Below, one piece after another: positions 13,134 through 24,800 of a stretch of 64,000 nt of DNA. Both the position numbers and the translations under genes were made by a program. Position 1 is the first letter of the stretch. The number at the start of each line of letters is the position of its first letter. The notes under the pieces are model-generated. The model was not told where the DNA came from, ran no database searches, and saw nothing but the letters and a program-made list of their open reading frames with translations. Source of the stretch: Ranitomeya imitator (taxonomy: Eukaryota); NCBI RefSeq assembly GCF_032444005.1, contig NC_091283.1, positions 373,674,001 through 373,738,000 of the forward strand, in the 5' to 3' direction.

Positions 13134-13462
13134 AATTTTACAGATGTAATAATGTTCTGTACTGATGTTCATACCTATTGGATTGAAATACTAAACCTTC
13201 TGTCTAAGCTGATTCTGGCAGCTACCCCGGGGTATGCTTATAAAGAATAAAGAAATATAGCCCAAAGTTTTCAAAACAGATATTTATGTAGAAGTTAATA
13301 TGCCATGCAAATTTCTGAAAACAAACATTTCTTAACAACTGGTAACCACAAGTATTTAGATGTAGTTATATGTAACACATGGCTGATATATAACGGTGTT
13401 ATCAGCTTCCTTTGAATTTTAGAGCATTGGAGACACAGAGCTAGACCCGAGGAGGGCAAGTA

Positions 13463-14858
13463 CTATATTATTTGGATTATAAGAAGCACCTTTTTCCCAA
13501 AAATGTGGGGAGAAAAATGGGGGTGTGTCTTATAATCTGAATCTAGCTTACAAGGTGGGGGTTGACTATGGTGGTGCGGGATCTCAAGAGGCAGGCTGCT
13601 GCTGCAGTAAGGCTGGTTTCACACTTGCGTTTTAAAACGCATACGTTTGAAAAAAAACCGCATGGTGAAAAAACACATGTAAACGCATGCAAACGCTGCG
13701 TTTTTTAGACGCACGCGTTTTTGCATGTGGTGTAAAAAACGCGGCGTTTTGACGCGTTTACATGCGTTTTTCCATGCGTTTGAGTTTTTTAAACGCATGC
13801 TGAGAAATGTGTGACAGCTGCCAATCATCTAAATAAAGTAAAAAAACACTATAAACATAAATAGCTAGTGTTAAGGTTAGGTGTAGGGATCCTAACCCTA
13901 ACCCTAAAGGGATCCTAACCCTACCCCTAAAGGGATCCTAACCCTACCCCTAAAGGGATCCTAACCCTACCCCTAATCCCTTTAGGGTTAGGGTTAGGAT
14001 CCCGTTAGGGTTAGGATCCCTTTAGGGTTAGGATCCCTGTAGGGTTAAGGTTAGGATCCCTTTAGGGTTAGGATCCCTTTAGGGTTAGGGTTAGGATACC
14101 TTTATCACCTTTATGGTGGGGGGTGGCATATCAGTGTGTTTTCTGGTTTTTTAATATAAAAACGCATGCGTTTTTAACGCAAACAAACGCATGCACAAAA
14201 AAACGCATGCGTTTCCATTGACTCCAATGTATTTTTTGGCCCAAAAAAAACGCATGAAAACGCATGCGTTTTTATTTGTCCAAAAAACGCCCCTCAAAAA
14301 TACTACAAGTTGCATTTTTGAAAATGAACGCATGCATTGAAAACGCGACCATACGCGTACAAAAAAACCGCATGCGTTTTCAATGTTAAATATAGGGAAA
14401 AAAAACGCATGCGTTTTTTTGTGCAAAAAATGCTGCAGACAAAAACGCAAGTGTGAAACCACCCTAACCTGGCAGCAGCAGGAGTGGGGTGATGGTACAA
14501 GCATAGATTGAGATCTCATTCTGCGCATGCTAGTGGCCATTTTCCAGAAGTCCACCGCATTGAAAAGGGTGGGAAATGCAGGGACTCCAGACATTTTGTG
14601 AAAGTCTGGGGCCTGCAGTAGCCTCGCACCCCCTCCTCCCAGCAGGGGGCCACAGCATTTCCCCACTCCTCCTGCTTCCAGCTTCCTGCAGTAGTGACCC
14701 TGCCTCCTGGGACCCTGCTCAAGCTCCACCACAGATATCCCCTCGGTAAGTTACCATAAAAGCAGACTACAAGATGTACCAACATTTTATTACCATTTTC
14801 CATAACAAAATTTGGGGTGTGTACTAGGTCCGTGCGTATTATAATCAATAAAATATGG
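13463..14858. mobile_element. Old Tc1/mariner (pogo-like) MITE hosting a Harbinger MITE
   Basis: TA flanks; degenerate TIR ctatattatttggattataag / ttataatcaataaaatatgg. Confidence 0.55.
13611..14464. mobile_element. PIF/Harbinger MITE with internal telomere-like inverted arrays
   Basis: TAA TSD (13608-10, 14465-67); TIR ggctggtttcacacttgcg; CCCTAA-like array facing a TTAGGG-like array at ~13885-14100. Confidence 0.9.
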
Positions 14859-14980
14859 TAAATCAGTTTGTTATTTTACAGTGAACTAAGCCTAAGACTT
14901 TAACTACCCGGATATTAACTGGGAAACAGAAACCTGTGAAACCCATAAAGGCAACAGGTTTCTGCTAATAACCAAGAAAA

Positions 14981-17373
14981 ATTATCTTTCACAATTGGTG
15001 CAGAATCCAACCAGAGGAGCAGCACTTTTAGACCTAATACTATCTAATAGACCTGACAGAATAACAAATCTGCAGGTGGTCGGGCATCTAGGAAATAGCG
15101 ACCACAATATTGTACAGTTTCACCTGTCTTTCACTAGGGGGACTTGTCAGGGAGTCACAAAAACATTGAACTTTAGGAAGGCAAAGTTTGAACAGCTTAG
15201 AGATGCCCTTAATCTGGTAGACTGGGACAATATCCTCAGAAATGAGAATACAGATAATAAATGGGAAATGTTTAAGAACATCCTAAATAGGCAGTGTAAG
15301 CGGTTTATACCTTGTGGGAATAAAAGGACTAGAAATAGGAAAAACCCAATGTGGCTAAACAAAGAAGTAAGACAGGCAATTAACAGTAAAAAGAAAGCAT
15401 TTGCACTACTAAAGCAGGATGGCACCATTGAAGCTCTAAAAAACTATAGGGAGAAAAATACTTTATCTAAAAAACTAATTAAAGCTGCCAAAAAGGAAAC
15501 AGAGAAGCACATTGCTAAGGAGAGTAAAACTAATCCCAAACTGTTCTTCAACTATATCAATAGTAAAAGAATAAAAACTGAAAATGTAGGCCCCTTAAAA
15601 AATAGTGAGGAAAGAATGGTTGTAGATGACGAGGAAAAAGCTAACATATTAAACACCTTCTTCTCCACGGTATTCACGGTGGAAAATGAAATGCTAGGTG
15701 AAATCCCAAGAAACAATGAAAACCCTATATTAAGGGTCACCAATCTAACCCAAGAAGAGGTGTGAAACCGGCTAAATAAGATTAAAATAGATAAATCTCC
15801 GGGTCCGGATGGCATACACCCACGAGTACTAAGAGAACTAAGTAATGTAATAGATAAACCATTATTTCTTATTTTTAGTGACTCTATAGCGACAGGGTCT
15901 GTTCCGCAGGACTGGCGCATAGCAAATGTGGTGCCAATATTCAAAAAGGGCTCTAAAAGTGAACCTGGAAATTATAGGCCAGTAAGTCTAACCTCTATTG
16001 TTGGTAAAATATTTGAAGGGTTTCTGAGGGATGTTATTCTGGATTATCTCAATGAGAATAACTGTTTAACTCCATATCAGCATGGGTTTATGAGAAATCG
16101 CTCCTGTCAAACCAATCTAATCAGTTTTTATGAAGAGGTAAGCTATAGGCTGGACCACGGTGAGTCATTGGACGTGGTATATCTCGATTTTTCCAAAGCG
16201 TTTGATACCGTGCCGCACAAGAGGTTGGTACACAAAATGAGAATGCTTGGTCTGGGGGAAAATGTGTGTAAATGGGTTAGTAACTGGCTTAGTGATAGAA
16301 AGCAGAGGGTGGTTATAAATGGTATAGTCTCTAACTGGGTCGCTGTGACCAGTGGGGTACCGCAGGGGTCAGTATTGGGACCTGTTCTCTTCAACATATT
16401 CATTAATGATCTGGTAGAAGGTTTACACAGTAAAATATCGATATTTGCAGATGATACAAAACTATGTAAAGCAGTTAATACAAGAGAAGATAGTATTCTG
16501 CTACAGATGGATCTGGATAAGTTGGAAACTTGGGCTGAAAGGTGGCAGATGAGGTTTAACAATGATAAATGTAAGGTTATACACATGGGAAGAGGGAATC
16601 AATATCACCATTACACACTGAACGGGAAACCACTGGGTAAATCTGACAGGGAGAAGGACTTGGGGATCCTAGTTAATGATAAACTTACCTGGAGCAGCCA
16701 GTGCCAGGCAGCAGCTGCCAAGGCAAACAGGATCATGGGGTGCATTAAAAGAGGTCTGGATACACATGATGAGAGCATTATACTGCCTCTGTACAAATCC
16801 CTAGTTAGACCGCACATGGAGTACTGTGTCCAGTTTTGGGCACCGGTGCTCAGGAAGGATATAATGGAACTAGAGAGATTACAAAGGAGGGCAACAAAAT
16901 TAATAAAGGGGATGGGAGAACTACAATACCCAGATAGATTAGCGAAATTAGGATTATTTAGTCTAGAAAAAAGACGAATGAGGGGCGATCTAATAACCAT
17001 GTATAAGTATATAAGGGGACAATACAAATATCTCGCTGAGGATGTTTATACCAAGGAAGGTGACGGGCACAAGGGGGCATTCTTTGCGTCTGGAGGAGAG
17101 AAGGTTTTTCCACTAACATAGAAGAGGATTCTTTACTGTTAGGGCAGTGAGAATCTGGAATTGCTTGCCTGAGGAGGTGGTGATGGCGAACTCAGTCGAG
17201 GGGTTCAAGAGAGGCCTGGATGTCTTCCTGGAGCAGAACAATATTGTATCATACAATTATTAGGTTCTGTAGAAGGACGTAGATCTGGGTATTTATTATG
17301 ATGGAATATAGGCTGAACTGGATGGACAAATGTCTTTTTTCGGCCTTACTAACTATGTTACTATGTTACTATG
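14981..17373 (+). mobile_element. CR1 LINE, 5'-truncated and young (ORF2 end of endonuclease plus RT)
   Basis: YLDFSKAFDTV, GVPQGSVLGP, FADD; 3' (CTATGTTA)n tail; candidate 7-bp TSD AAGAAAA at 14974-80 and 17374-80; in-frame TGA at 15763-65 and a frameshift near 17040. Confidence 0.97.
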
Positions 17374-17697
17374 AAGAAAAGTTTTCTGAAATAGGACATC
17401 TTTGCCATTATGTCCCATTTAACAGGTATGGGTCAATATTGTGTTCATTTTATCTCTGTCTGCCATTTATACATCTAAATAATGTTTAATCAAATGTATA
17501 GGAAAGTGCTGTAGGGCATATTCCATCTGGGGTAATAATTCTGATAATAGCATCAAGTGCATTGTACACTTACCCTAACAAGATTTGATTTTTAGTTAAA
17601 CCATATCTCAAATTTTCAACTTGAAAATGGCTTCACTCCCATGTGATTTTTCATTTACATAGTAAGATGTAATTTTCCTGTATTGCATTTCCCACAT

Positions 17698-18878
17698 TCA
17701 GAATATAAATTTTACTATTTCCATGTGTGAATGTTCTGATGTGTTACAAGTTCTCTCATGTCTAACAAGAATGGATCTTTGGTTAAAACATCTTCCACAT
17801 TGTGAACATGAAAATGGTTTCTCCCCTGTGTGAACTCTCTCGTGTTTAATAAAGTGTGATTTTTCTGTAAAACATTTCCCACATTGAGAACATGAATATG
17901 GTTTCTCCCCTGTGTGAATTCTTGTATGCCTAACTAGATGTGATTTCTGGCTAAAACAATTCCCACATTCAGAACAAGAAAATGGCTTCTCCCCTGTGTG
18001 AATTCTCTGATGTGTAACAAGCTCTGATTTATGTGTAAAACATTTCCCACATTCCAAACATGAAAATGGTTTCTCTCCTGTGTGACATCTCTCATGTCTA
18101 ACAAGACTGGATTTTTGGTTAAAACATTTCACACATTGTGAACATGAAAACGGCTTCTCTCCTGTGTGAATTATCTCATGTTTATTTAGATGTGATTTCT
18201 CTGTAAAACATTTGCCACATTCTGAACATGAATATGGCTTTTCCCCTGTGTGAATTCTCTGATGTATAGCAAGTTTTGAACTAACTGTAAAACATTTCCC
18301 ACATTCCAAACAAGCATATGGCTTCTCCATTGTGTGAATTTTCTGATGTATAACAAGTTTTGAACTAGTTGTAAAACATTTCTCACATTCAGGACATGAA
18401 TATGAAGTCTCCTGTGTGTGGGTTTGATGCTTAACAAAATTTGATTTGCGTGTAAAACATTTCCTGCATTCTAAGCATAAAAATCGTTTGTTTTCTGAAT
18501 GCATATTCTGATGTCTAAAAAGATTTGATTTACGGTTAAAACATTTCCCACATTCTGTGCATGAAAATGGCTTCTCTCCTTTGGAACATCTCATATATGT
18601 AACAAGACTTGATTTATCGATAAAACATTTGCCACATTTTCTACATGAAAGTGTCTTTTCCACTGTGTAATACTTTTGATGTTGAGCATCCCTCCCGTGA
18701 CTTTTGTTTTTCTTAACAGCTTGCGATGAATCAAAAGTTAAGACTTGTTTAGTAGGTTCAAGTGATACATCTTCTGGATTGATAGCATGCTCTTCATAAA
18801 TATTATGTGTGTTTACATGGTCTTCTGTTGTAAAATCTGTTGACATTGCACATCCCTCTGAGCTCCAGATACAGTCGC
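17698..18878 (-). CDS. ZNF-A terminal exon: 8 canonical C2H2 fingers plus 3 degenerate ones (one lacking both His, one H-x2-H, terminal C2HC)
   Basis: Repeated CxxCGKCF..HxxxH-TGEKP; acceptor tttggcAG at 18879-80. Confidence 0.95.
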
Positions 18879-21800
18879 CTGCCAAAATTAAAACTGATGC
18901 TTTATTTTGTTAATTTTGGATAAAATAGCCTTAATATCATGTAGATATTTTATAAGAATTCTACATAAAATTCACATATAAAGCAAGTCATGTAGTAAAG
19001 TTCAATTCAAACTAGTGAAGCTTTCAATTGGATGATACTGACCCTGATACCCACACATTCCTAGTTCAATCAAGTGAGCATGTGTTGTCAGTGGAGAAAA
19101 GTGAGTTAACCGCTGTCATACAACTTATGTGGCACTTTAGCTCTCTTGAAAACATAAGGATTTGGCATGTTTAGATTCGTTACCCTGATCCTTCTTTTTC
19201 CTGACAACTTTTGTTTTAGTAAAGTTAGGACACCTCAATTTACATTAGATGGTCGTCAGGTCAAATTTAAATGAGTGGTTCTGCAAATTTTAATCTATTG
19301 TGTGCAAGCAAATTAAGAAGGGCCATTCAACTTTATAGGAGTGATAAAAAAGCGAAATGGACATTAACCCCTTAGTGACGGAGCCAAATTTTTTAAATCT
19401 GACCAGTGTCACTTTATGTGGTAATAACTCTGGAATGCTTCAACAAATCCCAGTGATTTTGAGACTGTTTTTTCAGGACACATTATACTTTATGATAATG
19501 GTAAATTTAGGTCGATATGTTTTGTTTTCATTTATAAAAAATATCAGAAATTTGAGAAAAATGTTAAAAAATAGCAATTTTCTCCAGTCACCTTCCACGA
19601 CAGCGGTACTGGAGGATGTCTCCCCGCCCTAATGGGGGACAGGAAACACAAAGAGGTTAAATACCCTCCCCTTCCTGCCACCTCCAGTGTTTTTCCTGTC
19701 CCCTATGGGGCATGAAGAGGTCCTGCGGTAGTGCTGCCTTGGCCGGCGATCGGAGCACTCGAGATCTTACCTAGCCGGGCAGCCTGGGTCGGGATGTTCC
19801 TCCTCCCTGCGGCGCTGCTCCCGTCTCCCCACTTGGTGTGGACTCGGGACCCTTCCTCCGCTCCTCCCGCGCTCCTTCGGGAGTAAAGCGGAGCGGTATG
19901 GTGCGGCCGGGGTCCCCGCGCGGCTCCCCGGCATTCCTCCTCTCCTGCATGGCCGGAAATGGTGGACGCACAAACCGGAAGTACCCGAACTTCCGGTTCA
20001 CGGCATGTGCGTTCCAGCGGTGGAACGCACGCGCGTCGGAAAGCAATTCTGATGGGGCATGGCGGTTCTCTCCCCTATGCCTGGGACCGGGAGGAGGAGC
20101 ACACGATTGGACGCAGCTTCCACGGTATTTAACCCTGGAAGTCACCTCCAGGTAAGGCCCCCTGTCTGACTGACTGGACTTCAGTACTGACTGACCATGG
20201 AAGGTGACAGACCTATCTCTGCTTCTGCCGAGCCCTGCGTCCTCCCTCCTACCGTGAGTAGCGGGTTAAGGTCCCTTTATCCCTGTATTCCTTAGGGTGC
20301 TATATACTTAGTCCTCCTTCTCTCTCTTTTAGGGAGATAAGGCCTCTGCCCCTAGGAAGGACAGATCTTCCAAGACAAAATCGGAAGATCGGAAATGTGG
20401 TGTTTGTGCATCAAGGCTTCCTTCTTCTTACAAGAAGAAACTGTGCCAGCCCTGCACTGATGAAATTTTACGCTCAGAACAGCCATCCTTGTTTGAGAGC
20501 ATTAAATCCCTCATTAAACAGGAAGTTCAGTCCTCAGTATCGGCCCTTTCCCAGTCTCTGTTACCTCCGCCACCTCCCCCTAAAAAAAGGAAGATGGCTA
20601 CGGTTACGTCTGATTCAGATTCTGGTGAAATTCGTTCCTCCGGTTCGGAGGATTTGTGGGAGAATGAGGGCTCCACTTCCACCCCCAAAGAGGAGAGTAA
20701 GAAATACTATTTTTCCTCGGAAGACATACATGAGTTAATTAGTATGGTCAGGGGGACAATGGGCGTTGAGGAAGAGGAGGAGAAACCATCAGTGCAGGAT
20801 GAGATGTTCGGTGGGTTAAAGCCAAAGAAATTAAAGAGGTACAGAGTCTCATTCTTCATGAATGGGAATCGCCCGAAAAGGGACTTACTGTTCCCTCTGA
20901 GCTAAAGAATCGTTTCTCTCTCGATGGAGACGTTTCCCTGTGGGATACCCCTAAGGTAGATGTGCAGGTCTCTAGAGTCTCAAAAAAGACAACCCTTCCC
21001 TTCGAGGATGCTTCCCAACTCAGAGACCCTATGGATCGCAAGATGGAGAGCTTGCTAAGAAAATCCTGGGAGACTTCCACCAATCTCCTTAAAACAAATA
21101 TTGCGTCCACCAGCGTGGCTAGATCCCTATTTCGTTGGCTCCGCACACTTGAAGACCACCTTACCCAGGGAACATCTAGGGAAGTAATCTTAGATTTCCT
21201 CCCGCTTCTCCAGAAAGCTACAGGCTTCCTAGCGATGCTTCGGCAGAGTCCGTTAGAGTAGCTGCCAAATCTGCAGTTCTCTCTAATTCAGCCAGAAGAG
21301 CTCTATGGCTAAAGTCTTGGAGTGGGGACATAACGTCCAAAACAAAGCTCTGTGCCATTCCCTTTCAGGACCGCTATCTGTTCGGGCAGGCCCTAGACGA
21401 TATTCTGGAAAAAGCAACGGACAAGAAGAAAGCGCATCCGGAACAGAGGAATCCGAAGAAACGTTTTTTTCGTCCCTCAAAAGAACAACCCTTCCAGCGA
21501 GAGTTCAAAGGGAAGGGCAAATCAGGACGCTGGAGCTATCCTAAAGGGGGGAAAGGTAGGAACATCCTGGTTCCCCAGTCCCAGCAGACCGCGGATAAGC
21601 AGTGACTACGCCCAGGGCGTTGGGGGTCGTCTCTCGAGCTTCATCAACCAGTGGAGTTCCATTTCGTCGAACCAATGGGTACTCGACACTATTCAGAATG
21701 GACTAAAATTAGAGTTCGAGAGCCCTCCCCCTCATCACATAAGGATAACCTCATTGCAGAGTCTCAGCCCTCAGGGCGCATTCCTTTGCGGACTTCAAGA

Positions 21801-24800
21801 GTTACTCCAGGAAGGAGTAATTTCCCCAGTACCTCAACAAGAAAGAGGCAGAGGACACTATTCCCATCTGTTTCTGATCAAGAAACCTTCAGGAAAACAC
21901 CGAATAATAATCAACTTGAAACCCCTGAATCGAGTAATAACCTACAGGAGGTTCAAGATGGAGTCGGTCAAAACAGCGATCCCTCTGATAGGACAGGACT
22001 GGGCGATGGCTACAGTGGATCTGAGGGACGCTTATTACCACGTCCCAATCCATCCAGAATTCCGGAAGTACCTAAGATTCGCAATATCTCAGGAGCAAGG
22101 GATAGTACACTACCAGTTCAACTCCCTTCCCTTCGGAATCGCCTCAGCTCCCAGGGTCTTTACAAAGATCATGACAGAAGCCATTATATTCATCCGTCTT
22201 CAGGGGATCTGCATAGTACCCTATCTAGACGATCTACTCATTGTCGCTCCTTCAGTTTCCCGCCTCAGGGCGGACTTATCAAAATCTCTAGAAATACTAA
22301 AGTCGTTGGGGTGGATCCCCAATCTAGAGAAATCGGACCTACTTCCCTCCAGGAGGAAGAAGTTCCTAGGGGTCCTTCTGGACTCGGAGTTGAGGAAATC
22401 CTTTCTGCCCAGAGAACGTCAACTCGATCTGGTACAGAAGATAACAGCATTCAGAACCCTGAAGACTCCAACTCTACGACAATCCATGTCTATTCTGGGA
22501 TCTCTAACATCTTGTATCCAGATGGTATCTTGGGCCCAAGCCCACACGAGAGTCCTCCAAACCCATGTCCTATCATCTTAAGACGGACAGCAGAGTTCTC
22601 TTTCCAAAAGGATTTCCCTCCCCAATCATGTCAGGACATCCCTGACATGGTGGCTACGGCTGCGGAACCTCCAACGGGGGGTCAGTTGGGACCAGATCCC
22701 GCTAAAGACACTCACTTCGGACGCCAGTCAAAGGGGATGGGGTGCTATAGTCGATGGAACCCATTTCCAGGGCACCTGGGCTCCAGACATCAGAGCAAGC
22801 TCTTCGAACGTCAGAGAACTGAAGGCAGTGGAAGAGGCGTTAAAAGCCGCATCCTTTATTGTTCAGGGACACCATGTCAGGATATATTCCGACAATATGA
22901 CCACGGTAGCATACCTTCGTCATCAGGGAGGCACAAGATTCAAGAAATTAAAAACCTTAGCCTCAAACATTTTTTTCTGGGCAGAGAGGCACCTCCTCTC
23001 TATTTCGGCAGTTCACCTGAAAGGGTCAGCCAATACCCAGGCGGATTTCCTGAGCAGAAAGGATGTACATCCAAGGGAATGGTGTCTGGACCAGGAGGTC
23101 TTCCTCTCCCTGATTTCCAGATGGGGGATTCCGGAAGTGGACCTTTTTGCCAACAGTCAGAATGCCAAGCTGCAAACTTATTTCTCCCTGAATATGGCAG
23201 ACAGAGCACTGGGCATGGATGCGTTCTCTCACCCGTGGAGGTTCAACCTCGTCTATGCTTTTCCTCCGATTCCATTGCTGTCGCGCTGCGGAATATGTTG
23301 GCGCTATATAAATAAAATTATTATTTAATTATTATTATTGCTGTCAAAAACTCTACAGAAGATTCGATCGGAGCGAGTTACGGCGATTCTAATCGCGCCA
23401 ACATGGCCGGGGAGAAGTTGGTACAGCGCCATGTTAGACATGGCTCAAGAAGGTCCAGTATATCTACCCCAGAAGGAGAATCTTCTTCATCAAGGACCTT
23501 TGCTGCATCCAAACCTTCACAGGTTAAATCTTTCAGCATGGCTTCTGAGGCCAAAATACTAAAGGCAAGAGGCCTCTCGGATGAAGTAATTCATACTCTC
23601 CAAAGCAGTAGAAAACCCGTGACGAATGCCATTTATGCCAAGATATGGAAGAAGTTTTCCTCATGGTATCTTCCAGATATTCCAGACCCATTTCATCCTA
23701 ATATTGCCAAGATTCTGGACTTCTTGCAAAAAGGTCTAGAGTTGGATCTTAGGCCCAATACCTTGAAAGTACAAATTTCAGCACTTAGCTCCTATTTTGA
23801 CCAAGAACTAGCCAAACATCGGTGGATCAGGCGTTTTATAACTTCATCAAGTAGAATCCGTCCCAGAGTTCTCAACAATACTCCTCCTTGGGACCTTAAT
23901 TTGGTCCTTAATAGTCTAACTCGGGACCCTTTCGAACCTTTATCTCAATCTTCATTAAAGGTTCTTACCCTGAAAACGGTCTTTAAGTGGCTATTACCTC
24001 TGCCAGACGGATAGGAGAACTACATGCCCTATCCATACAAGAACCTTACTTGAGGGTAACATCGGATAGTATAATCCTTAGTCTAGACCCTACCTTCTTA
24101 CCTAAAGTAACATCAGACTTTCATAGAGGTCAGGACATAGTGTTGCCCTCATTCTACCCGGATCCTTCTAATGTGAGAGAAGAGTCCTTCCACACTCTGG
24201 ATGTCCGCAGAGTGGTTCTATATTATCTTTCACAAACAGAGAGTTGGAGGATTGATCAAAATCTCTTCATTCAACTCTCCGGAAAGAACAAAGGAAGAAA
24301 GGCGACAAAAAATACTATCGCCAACTGGATTAAACAAGCCATATCTCTGGCATACTCATCCCAGAATCTAACACCTCCTCCATCGCTAAAGGCCCATTCT
24401 ACACGGTCGGTGTCAACATCATGGGCAGAGAGAGGTGATGTTTCTACGGAGCAGATTTGTAGAGCTGCCACCTGGTCATCAGTACATACGTTCACCAGGC
24501 ACTACAGGCTTGATTTCAACCGGGATTTAACTTTCGGCAGAACAGTTCTGCAGGCGGTTGTCCCCCCCTAGAAATAATTTGTTGGTACTACTCCAGTACT
24601 GCTGTCGTGGAAGGTGACTGGAGAAAATAGAATTATTCTTACCATTAATTCGGTTTCTAGGAACCTTCCACGACAGCACTAATTTCCCTCCCTATCTGAT
24701 AATTTAATTGGATGATTCCTGCACTTAAGTGGTAACTATACATACTACTGTGTCCAGAAAAAACACTGGAGGTGGCAGGAAGGGGAGGGTATTTAACCTC

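Noticed and set aside
13885-14100. Ancestral telomere-fusion site
   Set aside because: The arrays are impure and enclosed by MITE TIRs and a TSD.
20152-20184. Additional DIRS 5' intron (CAG|GTAAG ... TTCAG)
   Set aside because: Only 33 nt, too short for a normal vertebrate intron, although the donor might splice to 20332.
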